Under the pieces are notes generated by a model. The model saw only the letters and a list, made by a program, of their open reading frames with translations. It ran no database searches and was not told the origin of the DNA. From positions 1 to 59,294 of the forward strand of contig CANQDV010000002.1 in NCBI GenBank assembly GCA_947593955.1: a DNA stretch of 59,294 bases, written 5' to 3'. Positions 9,408 through 20,348 of the stretch are shown piece by piece (within the stretch, counting starts at the first letter, position 1; the number at the start of each line of letters is the position of its first letter). The position numbers and the translations under genes are program-made. This DNA is from an uncultured Bacilli bacterium. GTDB lineage: Bacteria; Bacillota_I; Bacilli_A; RF39; UBA660.

Positions 9408-10994
9408 CTATAAAGTAGGGAAAACTCCTGGACCAATTGGTAAACCTATTAAATACCACCCTACAATTAATAAAATCCAAGATAGACCCATTATAATACA
9501 ACATGGCATAACATATGATATGGCTGCTCTTATTGTAATTGGCTCTTTCTCCTTATTATATATGTTTAGGTATCCTAAGTAAATAATAAAATATGCAAGC
9601 AATGGTGTAATTCCTTTAGTAATTGAGTCTCCTGCCCTTAAAATAAATTGAGCAAATTGAGGAGCAATATTAGACTGCATCATTAATGGTACAACCACTG
9701 GCGAAAGAATTGTCCATTTGCTTACTTGTGATGGTAAAACTAAATTACATATTAAAATTACAAAAAGAACAAGTAAGATTAAAGGAATGCCAGAAAAAGA
9801 TAAATCTCTTATTAGATTGGCCCCTAAAGCAGTTATTACAACGCCAATATTACTTTCTTCAAATACTGCAATAAATTGTGAAGCAAAAAATAATAAAACT
9901 ATTAAACTACCTGTATTTTTAGTATAATCAGAAGCTTTTTCAATTAATTTTTTATCACTTTTTAACGTCTTTGCTCCCACACCATAAGCAATACCTGTTA
10001 TTAAAAAGAATAATGATACCATATAAGTAAATCCATCTTGAAAATAGGAATTTGGTCCAAACAATTGTCTCAAATATGTACTTTCGCTCATATCTAGTAG
10101 CATTCCAGATCCTGGTAAATTAGGAATAATCATATAAATAAATAATAAAATCATTAAACTTCCAACAATGTAAGTGTATTTTAATCCTTTTTTTTCATTA
10201 ATTTCAAGAGCAATTTTTTGCTGCTCTTCACTTGGTATTAATAATTTTTCAAGATCTTGTGTTTCTTCTAAAGAAAGTTTATATTTACCCAATTTTTTAG
10301 CAACTATATTCTCTATAACAATAGTACCTATAATCGCTAAAATTATAGAAAAAGCAATCATTATAAATAAATTAGAAGTTAAACTAACATGAAATGTAGG
10401 ATCAATTAATCTAGAACTTGAAGTAGTTAATGGTATCAAATTTACTTCCATTGAACCTACAAAAAATGTAGCTCCACTACCAAATGCCACTCCTGTAAAC
10501 GCTGTAATTATTCCTAATAAAGGACTTCTACCATTAGCTAAAAATAACAAAGCTGCAAGTGGTATTAATACGACATATCCAACCTCATTAATCAAGCTTG
10601 AAAAAATAGCAACCAACAATAATATAAAAGTTAACTTTTTATTGCTAATATTTAAGGTTACTCGTTTAATAAATGTATCTATTAAACCAGATGCATAAGC
10701 AACAGATAATCCTATTAAAGATATTAATAAACTAACTAATGGACCAAACGATGCAAAATTACTAGCAGCATTACTTATAATATATTTTATACCATCATAG
10801 TTTAATAAATTTTTCACACTGACAAAGACAGATTCTAACTCTAAGTTTTCAGGTCTTACCCTAGTATAATTAGCTTGAAAATGAAACAAAGATAAAATCC
10901 AGCTCAAAATTAAAACGCCAAAAGTTAATAATATAAATGCCGTAATTGGATGTAGCGAAAACTTTCTTAATCGCATCTTTTTATTTTTACTCAT
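9408..10994 (-). CDS. AbgT-family (p-aminobenzoyl-glutamate type) transporter
   Basis: 528 aa polytopic protein. C-terminus WYLIGLPIGPGVFPTL closely matches the E. coli AbgT C-terminus WYLVGLPIGPGIYPRL (recalled from memory). Confidence 0.85.
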   Translation of the reverse strand: MSKNKKMRLRKFSLHPITAFILLTFGVLILSWILSLFHFQANYTRVRPENLELESVFVSVKNLLNYDGIKYIISNAASNFASFGPLVSLLISLIGLSVAYASGLIDTFIKRVTLNISNKKLTFILLLVAIFSSLINEVGYVVLIPLAALLFLANGRSPLLGIITAFTGVAFGSGATFFVGSMEVNLIPLTTSSSRLIDPTFHVSLTSNLFIMIAFSIILAIIGTIVIENIVAKKLGKYKLSLEETQDLEKLLIPSEEQQKIALEINEKKGLKYTYIVGSLMILLFIYMIIPNLPGSGMLLDMSESTYLRQLFGPNSYFQDGFTYMVSLFFLITGIAYGVGAKTLKSDKKLIEKASDYTKNTGSLIVLLFFASQFIAVFEESNIGVVITALGANLIRDLSFSGIPLILLVLFVILICNLVLPSQVSKWTILSPVVVPLMMQSNIAPQFAQFILRAGDSITKGITPLLAYFIIYLGYLNIYNKEKEPITIRAAISYVMPCCIIMGLSWILLIVGWYLIGLPIGPGVFPTL

Positions 10995-11002
10995 AAATTC
11001 TC

Positions 11003-11188
11003 CTAATTAATAATCTTTTTTATTTTTTTGTTAAATTCAATTCTAGGAATCATAACAATACGTCCACAATTAGTACATTTTATTTTTATATCTGCACCAA
11101 TTCTAACTATTTCCCATTTATTTTCACCACACGGATGTCCTTTTTTCATTTCAACAATTGTTCCAACAGAATAGTTTTTTTCGTCCAT
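11003..11188 (-). CDS. DUF951 family small protein (YyzM-like)
   Basis: 61 aa; VGTIVEMKKGHPCG..W.IVR.GADIKIKC..CGR.V motif. Same position next to ychF as in Bacillus. Confidence 0.75.
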   Translation of the reverse strand: MDEKNYSVGTIVEMKKGHPCGENKWEIVRIGADIKIKCTNCGRIVMIPRIEFNKKIKKIIN

Positions 11189-11219
11189 ATATCATTATCC
11201 TTCCTTTTAGAAAAAATTA

Positions 11220-12101
11220 TTATCTTTCTGTTAAATTCAATATTTCTAATATTCTATTTAAATCATTATTATTAACAAATGTAATTTCAATATGTTTACC
11301 CTTAATTTTTACCTTTGTTCCTAATTTATCACACAATTGTTCTTCTAAATCATGATATTCGTCTTTTTTATGGTTTTCTACATGATGCTTTTTTGATATT
11401 TCTTTTGACTTAGAAATATCTTCCAAATCTCTCACATTTAAATTTTCATCAACTATTTTTTTGGCTAAATCGATTATTTTATTTTTTTCTTCCATTTTGC
11501 TTAATATTCTAGCATGACTCATAGAAATTTTGTTTTCATTAATCATTTCTTTTACTTCTTCAGGTAATGATAATAACCCTAACATATTAGTAATATGACT
11601 TCTGCTTTTACCAAGTTTATTAGCAAGTTCTTCCTGAGTAATTGATAATTTTTCTACCAATTTTTTATATGCAGTAGCTTCTTCTATAGAGTTTAAGTTT
11701 TCTCGTTGCAAATTTTCAATTAGAGCAATCTCCATCATTTCTTCATCAGAAAAATTTCTAATAATGGCAGGAATTTTGGTAAGTCCCGCAATTGTTGAAG
11801 CCTTAACACGTCGCTCACCTGCAATTATTTCATATCCTTTGATACTTTTCTTTATTATAATTGGTTGAAATACACCATGTTCTTTAATAGATGCTGCTAA
11901 CTCATTTAGCTTTTCTTCATCAAAAACTTTCCTTGGTTGATAAGGATTAGGTCTTAATTCACTTATTTCTACTTCAATTATTTCTTCTTTTGGAGTAGAT
12001 TCAACTATTTGTTTTTCAAAACTATTAAAATCTAATTGTTCACTATTAAACAATTCTTCTAAGCCTTTACCAAGTGCTCTTCTTTTAGTTTGTTGTTCCA
12101 T
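11220..12101 (-). CDS. parB: Chromosome partitioning protein ParB/Spo0J
   Basis: ORF 11220-12110 (TTG); ATG 12101 preferred. N-terminal LGKGLEELF, PNPYQPRK box, CTP-pocket GERRVKAS, HTH GKSRSHITNMLGLL (Spo0J-like Arg). Overlaps the soj 3' end. Confidence 0.9.
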   Translation of the reverse strand: MEQQTKRRALGKGLEELFNSEQLDFNSFEKQIVESTPKEEIIEVEISELRPNPYQPRKVFDEEKLNELAASIKEHGVFQPIIIKKSIKGYEIIAGERRVKASTIAGLTKIPAIIRNFSDEEMMEIALIENLQRENLNSIEEATAYKKLVEKLSITQEELANKLGKSRSHITNMLGLLSLPEEVKEMINENKISMSHARILSKMEEKNKIIDLAKKIVDENLNVRDLEDISKSKEISKKHHVENHKKDEYHDLEEQLCDKLGTKVKIKGKHIEITFVNNNDLNRILEILNLTER

Positions 12102-12876
12102 TTCTTTCAATCACTTCCTTTGCTAAATTTAAATATGCTTCTGTACCTTTACTTTTAGGGTCATATGCTATTATAGGCTTTCCATGAGATGGCGCCTCAG
12201 TTAATCTTATAAGCCTAGGAATAATGGTATTATAAACTCTTTCTTTAAAATATTTTCTAATATCTTCTACTACTTCAAAACCAAGTTTTGTTCTTGAGTC
12301 TAGCATTGTCAATAATACTCCTTCTATATCTAGGTTAGGATTTAAATTTTTTTGTGCCATCATTATTGTATTTAATAACTGCATTATTCCTTCTAAAGCA
12401 AAAAATTCACATTGTACAGGTATTATTACTGAGTTTGATGCTGTTAAAGCATTTGTTGTAATCAATCCCAAAGATGGAGGACAATCAATAATAATAAAAT
12501 CAAATTGATCTTTTATAGTATCAAGTTTTGTTTTTAATTGCCTACCCTTTGAAAAACCTGGTTCATCTTTACTTTTTTCCATTAATTCTATATCTATCCC
12601 TGCTAAATTAATAGTTGCTGGTAATAAATATAAACGCTTATATCTTGTTCCAATTATAGCCTCAGTTATTTGGCATCTATCTATCAAAACATCATAAACA
12701 CTTTTATCAATATCTCCTTTATCAATGCCAATACCAGTAGTTGCATTACCTTGTGGATCTAAATCGATTAATAAAACATTTTTCCCCAATACAGCTAAAG
12801 ATGCTGAAAGATTAATACTTGTCGTTGTCTTTCCTACTCCACCTTTTTGATTTACCAAAGAAATTACCTTTCCCAT
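12085..12876 (-). CDS. soj: Chromosome partitioning ATPase ParA/Soj
   Basis: 263 aa; deviant Walker A NQKGGVGKTT; ParA fold motifs DCPPSLG. Confidence 0.95.
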   Translation of the reverse strand: MGKVISLVNQKGGVGKTTTSINLSASLAVLGKNVLLIDLDPQGNATTGIGIDKGDIDKSVYDVLIDRCQITEAIIGTRYKRLYLLPATINLAGIDIELMEKSKDEPGFSKGRQLKTKLDTIKDQFDFIIIDCPPSLGLITTNALTASNSVIIPVQCEFFALEGIMQLLNTIMMAQKNLNPNLDIEGVLLTMLDSRTKLGFEVVEDIRKYFKERVYNTIIPRLIRLTEAPSHGKPIIAYDPKSKGTEAYLNLAKEVIERNGTTN

Positions 12877-12991
12877 CTTATCACCTGCTTTATAAAATTC
12901 TTGTCAACTATTATTCTATCAAAAAATATAATTTTTTTAAAGCAGATAACTATAAAATTTAAAATTTTTATTATTAACCTTTTCAAAGACT

Positions 12992-13018
12992 AAAAAAACG
13001 CCACTACTTAGTGAACGT
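12992..13018 (-). terminator. Intrinsic terminator of noc
   Basis: Minus-strand ACGUUCACUA-AG-UAGUGGCGU hairpin followed by U7. Confidence 0.6.
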
Positions 13019-13030
13019 TTAATACTTTAA

Positions 13031-14056
13031 TTAATTTTTTTCAATTTCTATGATAAATCTATGTTTACTTTCTAAATCTAATTCATCATTTTTTACTTTA
13101 TATCCTTTTTCTTCAATTTGTTTTAGGACATTTCTAACCATATCTAAACAATCGTTAAAATCACTTTGATTAATCTTTTTTAATCCCTCAAAAGAATAAT
13201 ATTTTTCATCTTCTGTTAAGTCCAACAACTCAACATCTGTTTTTTCATTTTTTATATCAGCTTTTGAACTTTCTTTCTTTTCTTTTTTAGCTTCGTCTTC
13301 TTTAATCATATTTTTTACAATACTTTCAAAATCAGAAGCTGAAAAATCTATATCGTTTAATTTATCATCTACTTCATTTAACTTATTGTCTTGATTTAAT
13401 GTTTCGAAAGGCATAGAAGGTATTTCTTTTTTAGATTCTTCTTCTAATATGCTATCAACATTATTTCTATCTTTTATTAACTCTTCAAATTCTTTAACAG
13501 ATAAACGTTTTTCCATAATAATATCAGCCAACTTGTCACGTTCATCTTCATCTTCAATATTTAATAAACTACGGGCATGTCTTTCTGATATTTTTTCATT
13601 TAATAATGCATCTTGAATTTTATTTGATAAAGTTAATAAACGTAATTTGTTAGAAACAGCTGATTGTGATTTACCCATCGTTTTCGCTAACTCTTCTTGT
13701 GTCATACTATCTATATCGAGAATTTTTTGATATGTTCTAGCTTCTTCTATAGGAGTTAAATCTTTTCTCTGCAAGTTTTCTATCAATGCCACTTTAGAGC
13801 TTTCTTTATCATCTAAATTCTTTATTATAGCTGGAATTTTAGTAAGTCCTGCCATTGTGGATGCTTTATATCTTCGTTCTCCAGCAATTATTTCATATTT
13901 AGTACCTATTTTTCTTACAATTATTGGCTGTATTACTCCATGCTCTCTTATTGATAAAGCTAGTTCTTTTAAAGCCTTTTCATCAAAAACTTCTCTAGGT
14001 TGAAATCTATTAGGTATAATATCATCTAAGTATAAATAAACAATTTCATTTTCCAT
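13031..14056 (-). CDS. noc: Nucleoid occlusion protein Noc (ParB paralogue), atypical N- and C-termini
   Basis: 341 aa; IPNRFQPR box, GERRYKAS. HTH GKSQSAVSNKLRLL matches the Noc-type recognition helix (Gln and Lys where ParB has Arg and His/Met). Position between soj and rsmG as in Bacillus. TAGGAGTG RBS fixes the start. Confidence 0.85.
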   Translation of the reverse strand: MENEIVYLYLDDIIPNRFQPREVFDEKALKELALSIREHGVIQPIIVRKIGTKYEIIAGERRYKASTMAGLTKIPAIIKNLDDKESSKVALIENLQRKDLTPIEEARTYQKILDIDSMTQEELAKTMGKSQSAVSNKLRLLTLSNKIQDALLNEKISERHARSLLNIEDEDERDKLADIIMEKRLSVKEFEELIKDRNNVDSILEEESKKEIPSMPFETLNQDNKLNEVDDKLNDIDFSASDFESIVKNMIKEDEAKKEKKESSKADIKNEKTDVELLDLTEDEKYYSFEGLKKINQSDFNDCLDMVRNVLKQIEEKGYKVKNDELDLESKHRFIIEIEKN

Positions 14057-14182
14057 ATTTATACACTCCTATTTACTCTTTTCTATTCTATATTAAAGTA
14101 TACAATATATTTTAATGTTTTACAATATTTTTTTATTGTTTATTCTTTTTATAAGTGCAATAAACCATGATAAAATGCCAAT

Positions 14183-14220
14183 AAAAAAAGACTATGTATA
14201 AAAATTAAATCAAATAGTCT
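14183..14220 (-). terminator. Intrinsic (bidirectional-looking) terminator of rsmG
   Basis: AGACUAU...AUAGUCU stem flanked by A-run and T-run. Confidence 0.55.
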
Positions 14221-14246
14221 CTTTTTTCATTGTCATATATTTATTA

Positions 14247-14951
14247 TTACAGCATGTCTTTTTTTATTCTTTCTATTTTGCGAGGATATTTTGTAGGTGT
14301 TTTATTTTTCTTCTCCAAAACAATTAAAGTTCTATTACTATCTTCATTTGGTAAAGTAAATTTTTCTATTCTTTCGACATTACAAAAAAGTTTTTCTTGA
14401 GCATTATTACTATTGGCTAACTCTTCATCACAATTAGCTTTCATTAAAACTAATTTACCATTTATTTTAAGAGATTTAACACTTATTTCTAATAATACAT
14501 TCATATTAGCAACAGCCCTAGCAGTTATAATATCAAACTCTTCTTCATGAGATAATGAGTAATCTTCCATCCTCGTATGAATAGCTTTTATTTTCTTTAA
14601 ATCTAAAGCTTCTATTATATTATTTAAATAATTAACTCTTTTTTGAAGTGAATCAATTAATGTTATTTCTAATTGAGGAAAAAATATTTTTAAAACGATA
14701 CCAGGAAATCCTGCACCACTACCTACATCACACAATTTTAGATTTTGATCTAAATTTACAACTTTACTTAAAGTTAGACTATCAAAAAAATGTTTAAGAT
14801 AAACATCTTCCAAAGAAGTAATGGTTGTTAAATTGATCTTGTCATTCCATTCAATAAGCAATTTATAAAATAAATCTAACTTATTTAACATTTCTTCATT
14901 ATAATTAATATTTAATAATTTTAATTGTTTTATAAATTCTTCCTTATTCAT
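14247..14951 (-). CDS. rsmG: 16S rRNA (guanine527-N7)-methyltransferase
   Basis: 234 aa; SAM motif [15 protein letters not shown]; follows mnmG. Confidence 0.93.
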   Translation of the reverse strand: MNKEEFIKQLKLLNINYNEEMLNKLDLFYKLLIEWNDKINLTTITSLEDVYLKHFFDSLTLSKVVNLDQNLKLCDVGSGAGFPGIVLKIFFPQLEITLIDSLQKRVNYLNNIIEALDLKKIKAIHTRMEDYSLSHEEEFDIITARAVANMNVLLEISVKSLKINGKLVLMKANCDEELANSNNAQEKLFCNVERIEKFTLPNEDSNRTLIVLEKKNKTPTKYPRKIERIKKDML

Positions 14952-16803
14952 TATTTTTCCTCTTTAAATATACCATTAACATTGTAATATCACTAGGATT
15001 AACTCCACTAATACGCATTGCTTGTCCAATTGATGTTGGTCTTATTTCTGATAATTTTTGTTTTGCTTCTTTCGCAATATTATGAATTTGCTCATAATCT
15101 ATATTATCTGGAATCTTAATATTTTCATATGCTGCCATTTTTTCAGCTTCTTTATTAGCTTTAACAATATATCCTTCATATTTTACGTTAATATTAACTT
15201 GTTCTAAGACATCTTCATCGTAAGATAAATCAATAAATTTATTTAAATCTTTAATATTTATTTCAGGTCTTTTTAACAAATCATACAAAGAGGTTGTTAC
15301 AACAATTTTAGGTGTATTAATACTTTCTAAATATTGATTATTTTCATTATTAGGATTCAATAAATATTCTTTCAAATCTTTAATTAATTTATTAATATTT
15401 TTTCTTTTATTAGTCAATTTATTATATTGAGTATTACTTATAAGACCAATACTTTTACCATAATCCATAAGTCTTAAGTCAGCATTATCATGTCTTAATA
15501 ATAATCTATATTCCGCACGTGATGTTAATAATCGATAAGGATCAATCACTCCTTTAGTAACTAAATCATCAATAAGTACTCCAATATAAGCTTCATTTCT
15601 TTTTAAAACTAGACCTTCTTTGCCATCTAATTTTAATACTGCATTTATTCCTGCCATTAATCCTTGGCATGCTGCTTCTTCATAACCACTAGTACCATTT
15701 ATTTGACCAGCAGTATACAACCCCGAAATTATTTTTGTTTCTAATGTTGGTTTTAACTGTGTAGAATCAATTGCATCATATTCAATAGCATAAGCATACT
15801 TATTAATAACTGCATTTTCTAATCCTGGAAGACTATGAACCATTTTTTCTTGAATGTCATGAGGCATACTAGTAGAAAATCCTTGAATATAAATATCATC
15901 ATAAAAAATACTCTCTGGCTCTAAAAATAATTGATGCCTTTCTTTATCACTAAATCGTACAATTTTATCTTCAATTGATGGACAATATCTAGGTCCTACT
16001 CCTTCGACATATCCCCCATACATACTTGATTTATCAAGATTATCTCTAATTATCTGATGAGTAACAGGAGTTGTATATATTAAATAACAAGGTATTTGTT
16101 TAGTAACATCATAATGATTTTCATTATAAAAAGAAAAGAAATGTTCAACATCATCTCCAGGCTGTAATTCTGCCTTACTAAAATCAATACTTGATTTTTC
16201 AATTCTAGGAGGAGTTCCTGTTTTTAATCTTTTTATTCTAAAACCTAATTTTTTTAAATTATCGCTTAAAAATTTTGATGGTCTTTCATCATGTGGTCCA
16301 CTTGATATTTTAGTAGAACCATATAAAACAGTACCTTTTAAATAAGTTCCTGTCGTTAAAACCACAGCTTTACTACTTATTTTATCTCCGTTTTCTAAAA
16401 TAACACCTTTAATAACATCATTATCAATTATTAAGTCTTCTACCATTGCTTCTAAAATTGTAAGATTTTTTTCACTCTCTAAAGTTTTAAGCATTTCTTT
16501 TTTATAAGTTATTTTATCTGCTTGTGCTCTTAAAGCTCTAACTGCTGGTCCTTTTTTGGTATTAAGCATTTTCATTTGGAGAAAGCTCTTATCAATATTA
16601 TTTGCCATTTCTCCACCTAAAGCTGCTATTTCTCTTACCACAATTCCTTTGGCAGGACCACCTATTGATGGATTACATGGCATATCAGCAATATTATTTT
16701 TATTACTAGTTATAAGTAAAGTATTATGATTTGTTCTAGCACCTACCAATGCTGCTTCACATCCAGCATGCCCTCCACCGACAACAATAATATCATAGTT
16801 CAT
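14944..16803 (-). CDS. mnmG: tRNA uridine 5-carboxymethylaminomethyl modification enzyme MnmG
   Basis: ORF to 16812 (GTG); ATG 16803 lies 8 nt after AGGAAG. FAD motif [16 protein letters not shown]; about 620 aa. Confidence 0.95.
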   Translation of the reverse strand: MNYDIIVVGGGHAGCEAALVGARTNHNTLLITSNKNNIADMPCNPSIGGPAKGIVVREIAALGGEMANNIDKSFLQMKMLNTKKGPAVRALRAQADKITYKKEMLKTLESEKNLTILEAMVEDLIIDNDVIKGVILENGDKISSKAVVLTTGTYLKGTVLYGSTKISSGPHDERPSKFLSDNLKKLGFRIKRLKTGTPPRIEKSSIDFSKAELQPGDDVEHFFSFYNENHYDVTKQIPCYLIYTTPVTHQIIRDNLDKSSMYGGYVEGVGPRYCPSIEDKIVRFSDKERHQLFLEPESIFYDDIYIQGFSTSMPHDIQEKMVHSLPGLENAVINKYAYAIEYDAIDSTQLKPTLETKIISGLYTAGQINGTSGYEEAACQGLMAGINAVLKLDGKEGLVLKRNEAYIGVLIDDLVTKGVIDPYRLLTSRAEYRLLLRHDNADLRLMDYGKSIGLISNTQYNKLTNKRKNINKLIKDLKEYLLNPNNENNQYLESINTPKIVVTTSLYDLLKRPEINIKDLNKFIDLSYDEDVLEQVNINVKYEGYIVKANKEAEKMAAYENIKIPDNIDYEQIHNIAKEAKQKLSEIRPTSIGQAMRISGVNPSDITMLMVYLKRKNNE

Positions 16804-16815
16804 TATAATCACTTC

Positions 16816-18165
16816 CTATTTTCCTAAACAAAATTGGGTAAATAACTGATCTATTAATTCATCAGAATATGTTTCACCTAAAATTTCTCCTAGTTTTTCC
16901 CATATTCTCTTTATATCAATTTCGATTAAATCAGTTGGAACATTTTCTTCAATACCTAGTTCAATATCTTTAATTATGTTATAAGCATCCTTAGCTAAAG
17001 ATATTTGACGAGCATTACTTAAATAAGTAAAATCCCCTCTATTTAGTTGTTCAAAATTAAACATTTCTTTTATTTTATTCTTTAAAGGATCAATACCATT
17101 AAATTGAACAGTATTTACAAAAACACAATCATGTTCAATATCACTTAAATCTATTTCTTGCTTTAAATCATTTTTATTAACTACAATTATTGATTTTTTT
17201 GGTAATAAATTAATTAAATTTATATCCTCATCACTTAATTTTTCATTATTATTAACTACTAAAAGCACTAAATCAGCATTATCCATTTCTCTTTTACTTT
17301 TCTCGATTCCTATTTTTTCTACGATATCATGAGCTTCTCTTATTCCAGCAGTATCAACAAAATTAAACAATATACCATCAATACTTGCTTGTCCTTCTAC
17401 TATATCTCTTGTTGTTCCTGCAATATCAGTAACAATTGCTTTTTCTTCATCTAAAAATCGATTTAAAATACTACTTTTTCCTACATTAGGGCGCCCTATT
17501 ATAGCGACTTTTATTCCTGTTTTTATAATTTTTCCGTTTTCCGATTCATTAATAATATTTAATAATTCGTTTTTAATGTTTGCTATTTCTTTTTTGATAT
17601 TATTATTAGTTATAACTTCAATATCTTCGTATTCTGGATAATCAATATTTACTTCAATACTTGCTAATAATTCTAATAATTGCTGTCTAAAATTTTTAAT
17701 TATTTGACTTAATTTACCTGATAATTGATTAATAGATAATTTTCTTGATTGCTCTGTTTTAGCATCTATTAAATCCATAACTGATTCTGCTTCTACTAAA
17801 TCTATTCTTCCATTTAAAAACGCTCTTTTAGTAAATTCTCCTGGTTCTGCTAGACGAGCTCCATTTAATAAAACTAATTCTAATATCTTATTAGTTGTAG
17901 CAATTCCTCCATGACAATTTATTTCTACAACATCTTCACAAGTAAATGTTTTAGGCGCTTTCATAACTGATACTAAAATTTCATCAATTATTTCATTATT
18001 ATCTACAATATGTCCATAATTAATAGTGTGACTATCAACTGTCGTTAAATCTTTACCTTTAAATATAGAATTAGCAATCTTTATAGAATCTTTCCCACTA
18101 ATTCTAACAATTGATATAGCACCAACCCCTAAAGATGTTGATATAGCAGTAATAGTATCGTTCAT
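16816..18165 (-). CDS. mnmE: tRNA modification GTPase MnmE
   Basis: 449 aa; G1 GRPNVGKSS, G3 DTAG, C-terminal FCLGK. Confidence 0.95.
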   Translation of the reverse strand: MNDTITAISTSLGVGAISIVRISGKDSIKIANSIFKGKDLTTVDSHTINYGHIVDNNEIIDEILVSVMKAPKTFTCEDVVEINCHGGIATTNKILELVLLNGARLAEPGEFTKRAFLNGRIDLVEAESVMDLIDAKTEQSRKLSINQLSGKLSQIIKNFRQQLLELLASIEVNIDYPEYEDIEVITNNNIKKEIANIKNELLNIINESENGKIIKTGIKVAIIGRPNVGKSSILNRFLDEEKAIVTDIAGTTRDIVEGQASIDGILFNFVDTAGIREAHDIVEKIGIEKSKREMDNADLVLLVVNNNEKLSDEDINLINLLPKKSIIVVNKNDLKQEIDLSDIEHDCVFVNTVQFNGIDPLKNKIKEMFNFEQLNRGDFTYLSNARQISLAKDAYNIIKDIELGIEENVPTDLIEIDIKRIWEKLGEILGETYSDELIDQLFTQFCLGK

Positions 18166-18190
18166 AATACCACCCCTTTTGTTTATATAG

Positions 18191-18218
18191 ATTATAACAT
18201 ATTTATTATTTTTTCAAG
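18191..18218 (-). promoter_or_regulatory. Sigma-A type promoter with extended -10 for mnmE-mnmG-rsmG
   Basis: Minus strand (C)TTGAAA - 15/16 nt - TGtTATAAT, between the jag terminator and the mnmE RBS. Confidence 0.5.
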
Positions 18219-18226
18219 TAAAACAA

Positions 18227-18251
18227 AGAAAAAAGAGATATCTAATCTCTT
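18227..18251 (-). terminator. Intrinsic terminator of jag
   Basis: Minus-strand AAGAGAU-UAGAU-AUCUCUU hairpin overlapping the TAG stop, then UUUUUCUUU. Confidence 0.6.
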
Positions 18252-18850
18252 GGTTTTATAACAACTGCCCTATTTGGTTCTTCTCCAGTACTTTCAGTAT
18301 ATACGTGTTCATTATTAGATAAAATACTATGTACAATTCTTCTTTCATATGAATTCATAGGATCGAGTTTAGCTTCAATCTTTGTTTTAGCAACTTCTTT
18401 AGCTACTTTCTTAGCTAAATACTCAATATTTTTTTGATGTTTTACTTTATATTCACCAACATCTAATAAAAATCTATAGTTGAAACCTAATTCATTATGG
18501 ATATATTGTCTTGTAATAATACTCAATGCTTCAATAGTACGACCATTTTTTCCAATTAATATATTATTGTTATCACTATATAATGTAATAGTTACATCTT
18601 CGTCTCTTTTCTTTACTTCTAAATTAACCTTAACACCTATAAGCTCTGTAATATGTTCAATAAATTTTTTTATTTCATCAACAACATCATCTTTTTTTAT
18701 TATTTCTAAATCTACCTTTTTATTCTTAAATAAACCGCCTTTTTGTTCATTTTCTTTAATAAAAATATCTTTTTCAGAAACATTTAATTCAGTTAATGCT
18801 TTTTGTAATGCTTCTTCTTTCGTTTTTCCACTATACAAATACTTATCCAT
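18242..18850 (-). CDS. jag: RNA-binding protein Jag/KhpB (KH + R3H domains)
   Basis: 202 aa; Jag_N-like start, KH region IGKNGRTIEAL, R3H motif MNSYERRIVHSIL. Confidence 0.9.
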   Translation of the reverse strand: MDKYLYSGKTKEEALQKALTELNVSEKDIFIKENEQKGGLFKNKKVDLEIIKKDDVVDEIKKFIEHITELIGVKVNLEVKKRDEDVTITLYSDNNNILIGKNGRTIEALSIITRQYIHNELGFNYRFLLDVGEYKVKHQKNIEYLAKKVAKEVAKTKIEAKLDPMNSYERRIVHSILSNNEHVYTESTGEEPNRAVVIKPRD

Positions 18851-19769
18851 TTAACTTCTTACTCCTTTTAACTAATAAATTTTGAATAATTGTAAATAAA
18901 TTAGTTGTTGACCAATATATTCCTAGAGCCGACGACATAAATAATGACATTATTACAATCGTAACCACCATAACTTTATTCATCATATTTGTCTGTTCAT
19001 TCATACTTGCAGATGACGCATTTAGTTTAAATGAGAAATAAGTTGTTATTCCTACTATTAAGACAATAATTATATATATAAAATTTCCATTTTGCATACC
19101 TGTTAAAGGTGTTGTTCCAAGTTGAAATCCTATAAATTTTTCTTCAAATAATGCAGGAACACGATTAATTGCTTCTAAAAATGCTATAAATAATGGAATT
19201 TGTAAAAAGGCATACAAACAACCTGCAACAGGATTTATATTATATTTTTTATAAATCATAGTCATTTCTTGACTCTTTTTCATCATTGATGCTTGATCAG
19301 TTTTATCTCGATATTTTGCTTCTAGTCTATCCAATTCTGGTTTAGCTTTGTTAATTAATTCTGATTGCATTGCTGTTTTTTTAGTTATTGGATATGCAAT
19401 TAAACGAATTAAAATACTTGTTAATATTAAAGATAAACCATAACTCTTTACTAAATTTCCTAGTTGGATAATTACCCATGCAAGAGGTTTAACAAAAATA
19501 CTATTCCATAAACCTTCATATCCACCTGATGTAACACTAAATTTTTTACATGTTGGTAACTTAGAAATATCTACTACATCTTTATATTTTTCATACAACT
19601 CTATTGTATCTTTATCAGTTGGCTGACATAAAATATTTTCTGTTAAACTTTGACCAGTAATAGGATTTATTATTGCTTTATTTGTTTTAGGATCTTTTAG
19701 CGACTTTGTACACCCCGTTGATAACAATATTATTAATATTAATAATAATACTTTAAATTTTTTCTTCAT
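18843..19769 (-). CDS. yidC: Membrane protein insertase YidC/SpoIIIJ (lipoprotein)
   Basis: 308 aa; lipobox LLSTGC; conserved insertase TM core (PLFIAF..., GIYW..TNLF). Confidence 0.92.
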   Translation of the reverse strand: MKKKFKVLLLILIILLSTGCTKSLKDPKTNKAIINPITGQSLTENILCQPTDKDTIELYEKYKDVVDISKLPTCKKFSVTSGGYEGLWNSIFVKPLAWVIIQLGNLVKSYGLSLILTSILIRLIAYPITKKTAMQSELINKAKPELDRLEAKYRDKTDQASMMKKSQEMTMIYKKYNINPVAGCLYAFLQIPLFIAFLEAINRVPALFEEKFIGFQLGTTPLTGMQNGNFIYIIIVLIVGITTYFSFKLNASSASMNEQTNMMNKVMVVTIVIMSLFMSSALGIYWSTTNLFTIIQNLLVKRSKKLNG

Positions 19770-20112
19770 CTTTTATCTCCTTGTATTTATGTATTTCACT
19801 AATTAAATTAAAATATTTTTCACAAAGTTCGTGAAAATTATAATTAACATACTTCTTTCTAATTATTATAATATAATCTTTATCATTTTGGTAGATATTT
19901 TTGTATTTATCAATTATATTTCTCATTTGCCTTTTTATTTTATTTCTTACAACGGCATTACCTATTTTTTTACTTACTGATATACCAAAGCGATAATTAT
20001 TATATTCATTATTATATATATATATGGAAAAGCATTCATTCCAATAATTTTTACCATTACTTATAATTTTAGAAAAATCTTTATTATCCTTAACTATATT
20101 TTTCTTCTTCAT
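19753..20112 (-). CDS. rnpA: Ribonuclease P protein component
   Basis: 119 aa, basic; GNAVVRNKIKRQMR motif; downstream of rpmH. Confidence 0.92.
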   Translation of the reverse strand: MKKKNIVKDNKDFSKIISNGKNYWNECFSIYIYNNEYNNYRFGISVSKKIGNAVVRNKIKRQMRNIIDKYKNIYQNDKDYIIIIRKKYVNYNFHELCEKYFNLISEIHKYKEIKDEEKI

Positions 20113-20169
20113 AAAAACCTCTCACAATTAAAGTATATAACAAAAAAGCCACTGTTTCCAGTGGAATTA

Positions 20170-20289
20170 TTATACTAGTTTTTTACGTCCTTTTTTTCTT
20201 CTATTTTTTATTATATTAGTTTCCATCCTAGCAAAAAAACCTTGCTTCTTAGCTTTTTTTCTATTATTTGGTTGATAAGTTCTTTTCAT
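20170..20289 (-). CDS. rpmH: 50S ribosomal protein L34 (not in ORF track, 39 aa)
   Basis: Hand translation gives [53 protein letters not shown]. Classical rpmH-rnpA arrangement opposite dnaA. Confidence 0.93.
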   Translation of the reverse strand: MKRTYQPNNRKKAKKQGFFARMETNIIKNRRKKGRKKLV

Positions 20290-20318
20290 AATTCCACCTC
20301 CAAACTAAAATCTACATT

Positions 20319-20348
20319 ATTATAATAATATTTAGTATATTTTGTCAA
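20319..20348 (-). promoter_or_regulatory. Sigma-A promoter of rpmH operon
   Basis: Minus strand TTGACA (20348-20343) - 18 nt - TATAAT (20324-20319). Confidence 0.6.
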
